In this document: positions 30,300-40,287 of the stretch, piece by piece
Position numbering within the stretch: position 1 is the first letter of the stretch
Layout: each line of letters opens with the position of its first letter
Origin: Craspedostauros australis
Taxonomy: Eukaryota
DNA: 40,287 nucleotides
Direction: 5' to 3'
Assembly: GCA_030167865.1 (NCBI GenBank)
Contig: JALAGF010006036.1
Location: 1 to 40,287 of the forward strand
The notes under the pieces: generated by a model
Databases searched by the model: none
Seen by the model: the letters and a program-made list of their open reading frames with translations, nothing else
Told to the model about the DNA's origin: nothing
Program-made: the position numbers and the translations under genes

Positions 30300-33200
30300 A
30301 TGACCGCCATGGCGTCTGCATCCGCTTCAAGCCATCGGCAACAGCAGAAGCAACAGCAAAGACGGAAGTGCAGAGGAAGGAGGAGAAGAACGCTGGCTGC
30401 GCCATCGCTTGCGCCATCGCTCGTGTCGTCGATGCCGATGTTGCTGCTGTGGACACTGTTCGTTGGGATCAATCTCAAAGCATCTCCCAACAGCGTTCTA
30501 TTCTGCGAAGCATCGACCAACGCCACATCGTCAGCTCCATCGGCATCACCTTCCTTGAGGACTTCGCAGCCAACCGCAGTCCCAACATCATTGGCAGACG
30601 CAACCATGAACGTCACTTCGCCGCCGTCGGTCGTTCGCAACATCTTCGATCAGGACAACAGCAACAGCAACGCCACGCAGCACAACAACAGCACCACCGA
30701 CAAACCTTCGCAGGCACCAACCATCGACCCCCTCTCCACCAGACAAACCACGGAGGCGCCCACAAGGATCGATGACGGCTTCACCCTACTTAACGGCAAC
30801 GTCTCCGAGGCGCCAACCAGCGAGGGCAACATCTTCAATCCCGGAACAACCTCGGCACCATCCGCATCACCATCGGAAGCCACAATGGGATGCTGCTCCC
30901 GCAACTGGCGCGACTGCGATGCCGGCGACTGCGGCAACTCGGAGGCCGCCTGCGACACCTGCTCCGATGCATCCGTCATCTGGCTTGTCAACGGCACGCT
31001 GCCCAGCGATTCTTGCATCGTCCGCGGCGGCGACTGTTCCGAAGACATCAACGGATGCTGCGGTGGCAGCGTGGGATTGTGTTTTGCAAGTCCCGGAGCT
31101 GGCAGGACCTGCGTGCATCCTCTCGATTTCATCATCACGGCGCCGCCGGCCACGCCTCCACCCACGATCGATCCCTCTTCCATCGTCAGTCCGTCGCCGT
31201 CCTTCATGCCCAGCGCCACGCCGTCGATGCGACCCAGCGCCACGCCGTCGCACCAGCCCAGTTACGCGCCCAGCGTTGCACCATCGTTGCGGCCCAGCGC
31301 GGTCCCGACGAACGCGCCCAGTATCGTGCCGACGGAACTTCCCTTCATCGCGACGCCGTTTCCCACCGAGACGAAGAACACGCAACTCTCCGACGGCGAT
31401 GACAGCAGCGACGACGCTTTCTCCACCGGCATCATCGCGGCCATCGCCGGTATGTCCGTCGTCCTTCTTCTGCTGTGCTGCTTCTTCTGTTACGTCCTCA
31501 ATCTCTACTTCCATTCGGTCGATCGTCTCGACGACAGCGACGACGACGACGATGTCGAAAAGGGCAAGCGCGGCGATCAGTTCGAAGATGAACCTGCGGG
31601 CAAGTCCAATCATCAACAATCCTCCGGCAGCGACACGGACGACGATGGCAGTTCCCACAGCGACGATTTGCAAGGCGAAAGAAAATCCCTCATCGACAAC
31701 AAGAAAGATCTCAGCGTCATTGACGAGATGAGCAACGAGGATATGACGGACGACGAGTTGTTAAGACTCAAGGAAGACTTTGAAGATGAATACGATGAAA
31801 AGACCGATGACAACGCGTTGGGTCCCATGGTCGATGATCCAGATGATCCCTACGCGTGGGGACGTAGGGATCCTGCGCCCATGGAGTCGACGCCGCCCGT
31901 CACGCCCGTGCCAGCACCCAAACAAAGGGCGGTGCAACCGGATCCATCGCCTTCCGTGACCAACACCAGCTACGTCGATCTCATGGACGAGCGGCCCAAG
32001 TTGCCGGATCCCAGCGAGCGGGGTTTGTCGGGTCTCGACGATGCTTACGACGAAGACGATAGCTCGGTGGAGGATCTCTACGATCAATACAACGACGTCA
32101 AGAAGGATGACGCCAAGCAACCGGATCCCAGCGAGCGTGGTCTGTCGGGTGTCGACAACGATGTCACGCAGGATCCCAGCAGCTGCAGCATCCAACTCAC
32201 GCCGCAATCGCCCTTCGGCGTGGATCTCTCCAAATCTTCGCCACACGCAAGCGAACGCGATCGCCAAGACCTCGACAAGATGTCGACCGATCAAAAGAAG
32301 GCAGCGCTGGATTCCAAGATGCTGCGGTTGATGGAATTGAGTCAAGGTTCGTTGCATGTGCCCGATGAAGAAGTGAAGCCGCGTGAAAAGAAGGAACCGG
32401 ATGCGCCGGCGACGACGTTGGCATCCGTGGGGAATGAACCCACGAAGGCGGCAAAGGCATCATCGCCGTCCAAGGTTTCTCCAAAGCAAGAGGAGCCAAA
32501 GAAGGAAGAGCCAAAGAAGGACTCACCACAGAAACCAACACAGGAAGAGGAGGAAGAGATTCATGTAGAACCGGAGGAACCAGCCGCACCGGAGGAACCA
32601 GAGCCGGTGGAAGCCTTGGATTCGCTGTCAAGAGCGGTGCGGGCGCTGCAGGATAAGGTGGATGCTGCGCCAGATGTCGCGGAGCAGAGCGTCGTCCGAA
32701 CACCGTCGATGGAGAAGCCTGGCGAGCCGGAACTTGCTGTGGCGGAACCAGAAGATGGTCTTGCACGGGAGATCAAGGGAAGTTTGAAGCCACCACCACC
32801 GGGTAGTTCGGCAGAGGCACCAGCACCAGTATCAAAGCATTCCGATGGCGACGATGATGAATCCACTGTGAGAGAAGAGGTCGAAGCGCTGGCCTTGATG
32901 GTGGATTCAACAAAGAAGGACTTCATCCGCCAACGTCTCGCCGAGTCCAAGCAAGAGGAAGACGACGATCCGGAAGCAGACACGAAGAGCAGCAAGTTCA
33001 CCAAGGCACCGCTGGCAGATCGCCTGAAGGCGTGGGAGAGCAGGATCGCATCGGTGTCCAATCAGATTGACAAGAATCCGTCCAAGAGCCCAAACCTTTC
33101 GCCCAAACCGCTGTTGCCAAAGCAGTACCTGGCTTCGTCGCCACGAAGCAATCCGCCACCGCCGTACATGCCCACAGCCAGTCCTGAAAAGGAAGAGCCG

Positions 33201-33611
33201 AAGCCACCGACGATCACGAAGCAGATGGACAGCCTGACAAACAGGATCAAGGCCTTGAGCAACCTCGTCGATTCGCAGCACAGCGCCAACGTGGCAAAGA
33301 GGCAGGAGCCAGAACCAAAGCAGAGAGATGCGCCGGCGACGGATGGCAGCGACAGCGATGGCGAATTCGCATCCGAAAAACCCGATGCAACACCCGCGGC
33401 TCGCCCTGCGCCAAGTCCCAAGAGCAGCAGTGACGATGACAAAGCACCCGAGATTCCACCCGAATCCTCCAAATCCTTCGACAGCGTCGACACCAATTCG
33501 ATCGACTTCGACACGGACGATGGCGATGACGACGGCGACGACTGGTCCAGCGGATCCAGCTCCATTGAGGATTATGACTTTTCCGCCGTGAAACCACCGA
33601 GTTTCCGATAG
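30300..33611 (+). CDS. Large type I membrane protein: signal-like segment, Ser/Thr/Pro (PSxxPS) repeats, Cys-rich module, TM helix, long acidic disordered tail
   Basis: Open frame of over 1100 aa. LLLWTLFVGI hydrophobic segment; GCCSRNWRDC...C module; PSATPS repeats; TM GIIAAIAGMSVVLLLLCCFFCYVL. Confidence 0.85.
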   Translation: MTAMASASASSHRQQQKQQQRRKCRGRRRRTLAAPSLAPSLVSSMPMLLLWTLFVGINLKASPNSVLFCEASTNATSSAPSASPSLRTSQPTAVPTSLADATMNVTSPPSVVRNIFDQDNSNSNATQHNNSTTDKPSQAPTIDPLSTRQTTEAPTRIDDGFTLLNGNVSEAPTSEGNIFNPGTTSAPSASPSEATMGCCSRNWRDCDAGDCGNSEAACDTCSDASVIWLVNGTLPSDSCIVRGGDCSEDINGCCGGSVGLCFASPGAGRTCVHPLDFIITAPPATPPPTIDPSSIVSPSPSFMPSATPSMRPSATPSHQPSYAPSVAPSLRPSAVPTNAPSIVPTELPFIATPFPTETKNTQLSDGDDSSDDAFSTGIIAAIAGMSVVLLLLCCFFCYVLNLYFHSVDRLDDSDDDDDVEKGKRGDQFEDEPAGKSNHQQSSGSDTDDDGSSHSDDLQGERKSLIDNKKDLSVIDEMSNEDMTDDELLRLKEDFEDEYDEKTDDNALGPMVDDPDDPYAWGRRDPAPMESTPPVTPVPAPKQRAVQPDPSPSVTNTSYVDLMDERPKLPDPSERGLSGLDDAYDEDDSSVEDLYDQYNDVKKDDAKQPDPSERGLSGVDNDVTQDPSSCSIQLTPQSPFGVDLSKSSPHASERDRQDLDKMSTDQKKAALDSKMLRLMELSQGSLHVPDEEVKPREKKEPDAPATTLASVGNEPTKAAKASSPSKVSPKQEEPKKEEPKKDSPQKPTQEEEEEIHVEPEEPAAPEEPEPVEALDSLSRAVRALQDKVDAAPDVAEQSVVRTPSMEKPGEPELAVAEPEDGLAREIKGSLKPPPPGSSAEAPAPVSKHSDGDDDESTVREEVEALALMVDSTKKDFIRQRLAESKQEEDDDPEADTKSSKFTKAPLADRLKAWESRIASVSNQIDKNPSKSPNLSPKPLLPKQYLASSPRSNPPPPYMPTASPEKEEPKPPTITKQMDSLTNRIKALSNLVDSQHSANVAKRQEPEPKQRDAPATDGSDSDGEFASEKPDATPAARPAPSPKSSSDDDKAPEIPPESSKSFDSVDTNSIDFDTDDGDDDGDDWSSGSSSIEDYDFSAVKPPSFR

Positions 33612-34193
33612 ATCGTCGGATGGTGACACAATGGAGTTGGCACACTGCCAATACGAACGTCGCACATCACTGCAACAAGTGTAGAATAGATTGCTCTAGA
33701 ATACTTGAAAGAACGTACTGTTGTTGTTAGCAAGTACATTGATGCCTTCTGATACGCACTACGTACTATTGGACTCTGCAGCCGAGATCAGGCCGTTCGG
33801 TGGCACGATTAGAGTGGTTGGTCCACGCGCCAACCCTTGGTCAACATTCGTCTAGTTTTGATGGGTACTCTACATAATAGTACCTAAATAGACCTTTACT
33901 GCTTCTAGTCCATGGAGTCGTAAACGAAAGTGGCGCGAAACTTTGTCCATGCCGAAAGATGCAGCCAACAAGAAGCTCAAAACAACAGCGACAAAGTCGG
34001 AACGCGCCACCGCCGTCGTCCTCCAACTTCATTTTTGGGATGGAAAGCATCCACCACAACAAGAGATCCCTCCCCAAGCATCACCACAATCCAGAACAAG
34101 AACAACAAGAACAACAAGAGCAACCACTCCTCCTTCTATTCCCCCATCCCTTTCTCAACCCCAACACGCCACCCACCGAACAAGACCACGACA

Positions 34194-35315
34194 ATGGACT
34201 GCGTGATTCCAGGACCATCCGTGCGGCCATTCTGCGCCGCGATTACGTGCCTCTCGCGCATCGGCAAGGAGCTGTACATCGACTTCGATGTCCTGGACGG
34301 ACTGACGTTGCGCTCGCTGAACGACGCCAAGTCTGTGTTCGCCTTCTTCCAGTACGAGCCTTGCTTCTTCGATCGCTGCGACGCGCTGGACGACATCTCG
34401 CGCAAGCGCAACCGCGCAGCACACGACAGCAGTATGACGCAGCAGAACCGGTACTGCGTGCGGCTGGCGTTGAAGGCCCTCGTGCCCGTCGTGAAGCCGC
34501 GCAAGAACGTCATGTCGCTGCGCATCGTGTCGAGCGAGAATTGCTTGCAGTTCGAATTTCAGTACTATAAGCAGCAGGAGGCCATCGTGCGCGTGACGCA
34601 TCGCATCGGCGTCGCGGATGCGCAGGGCGTCGAAGCCGTTGTGCCCAAGGACCGCGCATCGGAGCTCGTGGTGTTGCCCAGCGTGTTGCTGCGCATGTTG
34701 GAGCCGTTGAAGCGCACGTCGGAGCTGGCGCTGATCGTCAACGACACGCATCAGCTCGTGACGACGGTGACGTTCCATGCGGAGGACGTGCAGCTGATGG
34801 CCAACGCGGATGCGGAGGATGCACAGAAGAACGCCAACGCGACGATCAAGACGGAGACCAGCATCAACTACGACGATCTGATCGAGCACGAATACAACGG
34901 GCATCCCGATGAGGATCTGGATGAGAATGATCCCAATCCGCCGCCAGAAGACATCAGCGACCAGACCGTCCTCGTGCTGAACATGAAGGAATTCCGAGCC
35001 ATGCTGCAGTTCTGTTCGCAAGCGCACGTCGATCAGGAGCTGCAGGTGTCCATCAACTTCTTCTGGGGCGGCAAGCCGCTGGTCATCGAAGCGTCGTCAA
35101 GCAACGTCGGCAGCAGCGGCGTGTTGGATACAACCACCGTTGGTGGTGGCGGTGGCAATGGCAGGGCCTTTACGTGCCAGCTGGTGATGGCGACATTGGA
35201 TCACACTCTGCTGCGTGCCATGCAACCGGCGTCGACACGAGGCACGAACAGCGGCAGCCACTCTCCCAGCAATGTCGCCACAGGCACGAATACGAATACG
35301 AACACGCCGACGTGA
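34194..35315 (+). CDS. RAD9: Cell-cycle checkpoint clamp protein Rad9 (9-1-1 complex)
   Basis: MDCVIPG.SVRPFCAAITCLSRIGKELYI...LTLRSLNDAKS.FA.F.Y...FF N-terminus; KEFRAMLQF...F...GKPL...LVMATL C-terminus. Confidence 0.92.
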   Translation: MDCVIPGPSVRPFCAAITCLSRIGKELYIDFDVLDGLTLRSLNDAKSVFAFFQYEPCFFDRCDALDDISRKRNRAAHDSSMTQQNRYCVRLALKALVPVVKPRKNVMSLRIVSSENCLQFEFQYYKQQEAIVRVTHRIGVADAQGVEAVVPKDRASELVVLPSVLLRMLEPLKRTSELALIVNDTHQLVTTVTFHAEDVQLMANADAEDAQKNANATIKTETSINYDDLIEHEYNGHPDEDLDENDPNPPPEDISDQTVLVLNMKEFRAMLQFCSQAHVDQELQVSINFFWGGKPLVIEASSSNVGSSGVLDTTTVGGGGGNGRAFTCQLVMATLDHTLLRAMQPASTRGTNSGSHSPSNVATGTNTNTNTPT

Positions 35316-35856
35316 TGATTCCAAGATGCAACAGTTGGGAGCCAGAGGGAGGGTGACTGATGGCTGGAAAGTGCAATGTTGCAATGTTGCAATAGTGCAT
35401 GGGGTGGTTGCGTTGCGCTGTATGGTACAAACATTCCAACCATAATTGCTATTGTAATTGTAATTTCAGCATAACAAAGGAATGTAACAGAATCTCACAC
35501 AAACATCATGGCTGGAGGTTGAAGAATGACAGCGGAACTGTTGTGGATCATGAAATCATGTCTCGTTCCGTGTGGCGCTCTTTCCTGCCTTGTTCTGCGC
35601 ACCGTGTTGTATCGAAGACGATCACAGAGAGACCAACCAAGAAACATTTTGCGCAGGTCGCCAAAATGCAATCGCGGTGGGACATGCACCCTAATTGCAA
35701 GGAGCGACAGTGGTGTACGTTGCAATGGTGGCAATCATTTTTGGCGCGAAAATCTTTGCGTCCGAACTCTTTCTTGGTCGGTTGCTTGTCTCATGATCCG
35801 CGTGTTCTGTGTTCGTGGTTGTGGTGGTTGTGTGTCTTGTCGTGGTGACGCACTGC

Positions 35857-35907
35857 GTTGTTGCACGGTTGTTGCACGGTTGTTGCACGGTTGTTGCACG
35901 GTTGTTG
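35857..35907. repeat. 11-bp tandem repeat (GTTGTTGCACG) x4.6
   Basis: Directly visible, ~115 bp upstream of the 36023 ATG. Confidence 0.9.
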
Positions 35908-36022
35908 GAAGTGACCCTCTGTGTTGTGCCACGATGGTCGCTGTCACTCTTCACACTTCAGCAAGAATCAATCGATCAATCATTCATCCGTAACTATCAT
36001 AATCATAATCAGCATAGTAAGC

Positions 36023-38830
36023 ATGAACGTGATCATGGATGCACCAATGAAGACAGCATCGCGAGTGTCGTTTGCTGTGTCGGAACAGGCAAGCTCCGTG
36101 CAATCCTTCATCCTCGAGCGCAGCGCTTCTTCCTTTCGTTTCAGCCGAACGGACAGTCACACCAGCAGCAAGAACAACAAGAACAACGACAACCATGTCC
36201 ATGACATCAACAATCTACGGCCAGGCAGCCTCTACACCAGCAGCTACCGCAACAGCATCTACCGCAACATCAACCAAGAAGAACAAGACGAAGAAGAGCA
36301 CGATGCCACCCTGAACGGCCGCTCGCCATCCTTCGCGCGCCGTCTGATGATGCACCAACAGCAGCACAACCAGCAGCAGCAGTCCTCCTCGTCGCTGCTC
36401 TCCTTGGCCGTGTCCCTGTCCACCGCATCCTCATCGCTGGCATCCATCTACTCCCACCGCCCCAAACTGCGACGATCCGTCATGATCCCCTTCCCCCAGC
36501 CGCCGCGCCAACTGCAGGACATCATCTCCATGGACGACCTCCTCAGCAGCACCGCGTCGCGCGTGCGCGAGGCCTTGCACTCCTTGTGCAGCCACTGTCG
36601 CGGCAGCGGTCGCAGCAACCCCACACACGCCGCCGCCAACTGCGATGCCATGCACCGGGCCTGCGCGCACGACTTCATCGTCCTGGCCATGGTGCAGCAT
36701 GCGTCCGACACGGTCGTGCAGTGCATGGGATTGGGGCTGCTGCAGAACATGGCGCATTACTTGCCGCCGGCGTGTCGGCCCGAGTTGGGACAGGACGGTG
36801 GTCTCGATTACATCGTCATGCTGCTCGAGATGCAGTGTCGGCGGTTTGCGGACAGCGATGATCATGAGATTCTCTGCTGCGAGAAGGTTCTCGTGCGCGC
36901 GTGCGGCGCGTTGGCGACGCTCACGACGGATTGTGCCGAGAACGTGACGACGCTCGTGGATGGCTTGAACGGCCTTCCCATCTTGGCCATGATCATGGTC
37001 AAGTGCGTCATGTCGTGCACCATCCAACAGCACGTCGCGCATATCCTTTACAACGTCTGCAAGGCGTCGTGGCAGTATCGCCATCGATTGATCTTCCTGT
37101 GGCATTTCATTTCCGATGATGGCGATGCATTCAACGAAGGCGAGCACAACACGGATGTGCAGCGAGCGACGGTCCTCTTCGCTTGCTTGGAGAACTTCCA
37201 CATCTTGGATGTTCTGGGTGACAGACTCTTCCTCTACTCGTCCAACCCCATCCTGCGCAAGAAGGCGCGCAGAGTCGAGGAGTACATCAAGGAATACACG
37301 GAGGCGTGGATCAGCAAGGTTCTGCGTGAGGATCTCACTCTTCGCACCGCCTCTCTTGCGAGCGCATCCAGCAAACGCAGTTCTCGTCGTCGGCGTCGTC
37401 GCAGTCGGCAGCAGTCTCACCACGAAGGTTTCCGCATTGCCGAAGTCATCAACCTCGTTGGCAGACAGTGCCGCAGTTTCAAGACCAGCGAGATCTTCCT
37501 CCTGCAGGATGGCGTCACGCAGCTTTTGCACTTGATGCGTCGGTGCACGTCGTCCAAGCAAGAGCGCGATACGCAGAAGGCTCGCCGCAGCAATGCAACC
37601 CCATCGGGAGCAACACCATCAGCAGCAGCATCTGCCCTGCCACCGTTCCACAACATGCACACCATCTTCACTGCCACCATGTCCATGATGGGGACTTCTT
37701 CATCGTCCCAAGTCAATGCGGACACAACTCGGGATCCACAACCTCATGCGCAATCGCAGCTGCGACGTACCCTGTCACCCCAGCTGTCTTTGGCAGGGAT
37801 CACTTCGCTTCTGTCAAGAGCTTCGTCCGGAAAGACTCCGACGTTGCAGCCGTCATCAAGCTCCACATCCACGTCCACATCCACATCTTCTTCATCGTCA
37901 TCATCGTCGTCCGCGTCGGTAACACCGGTAGACGCGCCATTGCCACCAGCCGCCTTGGAGGTGGCCATCGCGGGCACGTTCGCCTTGTACAAGATCTCCA
38001 ATCACCGCGAATTCCAGAGCAAGTCCAGCAACGACATCAAGAACCGCATCGGCGGCGACGTCATCCGCACGCTGCTGCTAATGATCGAGCGATTTCCCGA
38101 TCAGTACGAGATCCACATGAACGCGTGGTTCACCATCGCCAACCTCATCTGCGAGTGCAAGCGCAACGCCCACGTCCTCGTGCATCGCCTCAACGCCATC
38201 CCGCTTCTCATGAAGGGCATCGTCAAGTACACGGCGCGCGTGCGGGCCAACTATCATGACAAGAAGAACCTCATGATGCGCACCATCATTGGCCAGGAAC
38301 CATCTCCGATTCCGTTGGATGAGAACGAGGTGGCCGCCAAGATGAATGAAAGCCATGGATGCAACGCCCGCGCATCATCCTTCACCGACAGCAAGATGGC
38401 GGGCCACAGTCCAAGTCCTTCCCAACTCACCAAGGAAAATGTCAAGAGAGACGCATCCTCTCCATCGAGATCTCCCAGTGGCGGCGGCGGCGGCAGCAGC
38501 ATCAGCTCCATGACGCGAAGCCACAGCAGCGGAAATCACGGCAGCCGCAAGGCCTCACCCGGCAGCGAGCTGTCCTCCTTCTCTTCCATGATCATGGCAT
38601 CTCCGCTCCAAATCCAATCCATCGGATTCTGGATCCTGAAGCACGTCTGTCAGTGGGATGAGTTCCAGACCACCATCCAGAAGACGGAAGGCGTCATGAT
38701 GACGCTGTCCACCTTCCTCAAGATGGAGACGAAGGCCAACCAGCTGCATCGCGATGCACACTACGCGGTGGCCTTTGATGGATGCCGAAAGCTCATGGAG
38801 CAGTTGGGATATCTCGTTCTGATGGAGTAG
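36023..38830 (+). CDS. Armadillo/HEAT-like helical repeat protein with Ser-rich linkers (935 aa from first ATG)
   Basis: ARM-like segments (IVLAMVQH..D..VQCMGLGLLQNM; VRACGALATL; LLLMIERFPD...IHMNAWFTIANL); function unknown. Confidence 0.7.
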   Translation: MNVIMDAPMKTASRVSFAVSEQASSVQSFILERSASSFRFSRTDSHTSSKNNKNNDNHVHDINNLRPGSLYTSSYRNSIYRNINQEEQDEEEHDATLNGRSPSFARRLMMHQQQHNQQQQSSSSLLSLAVSLSTASSSLASIYSHRPKLRRSVMIPFPQPPRQLQDIISMDDLLSSTASRVREALHSLCSHCRGSGRSNPTHAAANCDAMHRACAHDFIVLAMVQHASDTVVQCMGLGLLQNMAHYLPPACRPELGQDGGLDYIVMLLEMQCRRFADSDDHEILCCEKVLVRACGALATLTTDCAENVTTLVDGLNGLPILAMIMVKCVMSCTIQQHVAHILYNVCKASWQYRHRLIFLWHFISDDGDAFNEGEHNTDVQRATVLFACLENFHILDVLGDRLFLYSSNPILRKKARRVEEYIKEYTEAWISKVLREDLTLRTASLASASSKRSSRRRRRRSRQQSHHEGFRIAEVINLVGRQCRSFKTSEIFLLQDGVTQLLHLMRRCTSSKQERDTQKARRSNATPSGATPSAAASALPPFHNMHTIFTATMSMMGTSSSSQVNADTTRDPQPHAQSQLRRTLSPQLSLAGITSLLSRASSGKTPTLQPSSSSTSTSTSTSSSSSSSSSASVTPVDAPLPPAALEVAIAGTFALYKISNHREFQSKSSNDIKNRIGGDVIRTLLLMIERFPDQYEIHMNAWFTIANLICECKRNAHVLVHRLNAIPLLMKGIVKYTARVRANYHDKKNLMMRTIIGQEPSPIPLDENEVAAKMNESHGCNARASSFTDSKMAGHSPSPSQLTKENVKRDASSPSRSPSGGGGGSSISSMTRSHSSGNHGSRKASPGSELSSFSSMIMASPLQIQSIGFWILKHVCQWDEFQTTIQKTEGVMMTLSTFLKMETKANQLHRDAHYAVAFDGCRKLMEQLGYLVLME

Positions 38831-40287
38831 CGAGTATGGTGCAGTGCGCAGCTCATGCATTGCGACCTGCAGATCGCATTTGATGCACCAACGGTAACAA
38901 TAGTTGTAGAGTTTTGGCCCCTTGTTGCGACTGGTTTGCTTGCTTTTGGGAGAAGCGGCGATTGTATATTTATATCTATTTCGTGTTGTCTATCTTCGAT
39001 CCGTCTTCTACGTCACAGCGCACGGATTCCACGTCATGCAAAACCACTCACAACACAGCGAGTGAAATTGTCCTACAACATGTGACTCTTCCTCCGCAAC
39101 TCAGCAAGGTGGCTGCGCAGCACACACCAGTAGTGCCACAACACTAGGAGGACGGTTGCAAGGTGCCTTGTACCATGCACTCTTTCCTCTGTGGGAGGGC
39201 CACAGTCATTCTACATTGTTGTACAAGCGACAACTACAAGCAGCAGAGAAACAGGTGCAGCTCGTTCGAGATGCACAGCGTTTCATGTTTCACTTTGTGA
39301 GGAGAATCTTGTTGTCGTTGTGGAATGGATTCGCAATTCGGGACTCGCAAGTGATCTCGTTGTTGGGCACATTTGGTAGAATTGTGGCTAATCTCCACGT
39401 CCCCCAATAACCAATACTGGTCGAGAACACCAAACACAACACAACAACACGACAATGGAGAAACACAACAAAACTCCACAAACGCCGTCGAACGGCATCA
39501 TCGACACTGCCACAACCAGCGGTCCAGTGCAAGATCTGAGCACATAGGCGGAACCGCCATGTAAATATTGGTGGATGAGCGAGAGGGGGATGCCATAGTG
39601 GTCGATTTGGGACCGTGGCAGGCCCACGCGCAAACAAGACAAATCGGAGGAAAATTTGCTCGTTGGATATGGTCTCTGACTGGAATGCACAGGCCATCCC
39701 AACGACCATGGATGGGCAAGACGCGTCCAGGAGGATACTATGAAGGTGACCACGAAGTTTGAGGCTCGAAGGTGGCCTGGAAGGTGGGGAGGGCAAGAAA
39801 CAAGTGGAGGGCAAGAGTTTTTGGTGGGTGGCAGCGGACACATCACATGACTTCGCTGGTGATGGGTGCCAGGCACAAGTCACCCAAATCGCCAAGTCAC
39901 CCATTCAAGATGTGTCCAGAATCAACTCAAGATGACCATGGCAACGTATCCTGCGCGTATATTGGCTGGAAGAGGATGCAAGCTGGGAAGCACACAAAAG
40001 GGTCACTTTTGGTGATTGCAAAACAGTACGATGGCATGATCATTCGGAGGTGAACCTTCCAAGGTATGAACGCCCCACTCATTATGAATGCATCATTGAG
40101 TCGCCAGGGAATGTGGGAACGCATGAGGGTCATGTGGAGGGGCTGCAAGGGTCGTATCGACGAGACACGGATCCAAATACGAACGTCATCTGTATGGAAA
40201 ACGTTTTTTTCGAAATTGCTGCGTTTCAGTGCAGGGAGGCTTTGGGGTGTGCAATGCACATCGAACTTGGAGTGCTTCATGGAGTGG

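Noticed and set aside
35857..35907. Short repeat arrays (here and at 30067) as CRISPR-like
   Set aside because: Head-to-tail units without spacers, in a eukaryotic context
39100..40287. Short ORFs at the right edge, possibly a gene or TE relic
   Set aside because: No recognisable motif or boundary; cannot be supported

Overview
Eukaryotic, most likely diatom, genomic DNA; this is inferred from the CoDi-type copia and Ambal-type LINE signatures and the compact single-ORF genes. The left half (1-21.7 kb) is a tandem array of three paralogous type II membrane glycosyltransferase-like genes on the - strand, invaded by transposons. The window opens with the 3' end of a canonical copia element. 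An 8.6-kb TIR-bounded element (4818-13421, ATAA target duplication) carries a nested, decayed, RT-deleted Ambal-like LINE. A full-length CoDi-I-like copia element (13756-20150) has identical 175-bp LTRs. The most unusual signal is that these LTRs end 5'-CA...TG-3', the reverse of the canonical TG...CA. They are flanked internally by AC/GT dinucleotides that extend the inverted repeat, with a 4-bp TSD and no recognisable tRNA primer-binding site. The right half is gene-dense: NDUFA4/B12D-like protein, stefin-type cystatin, a membrane protein with a GNAT-like domain, a signal-peptide SET methyltransferase, a large Cys/Pro-Ser-rich type I membrane protein, RAD9 and an ARM-like protein. All protein calls come from motif recognition by eye; no database searches were run.
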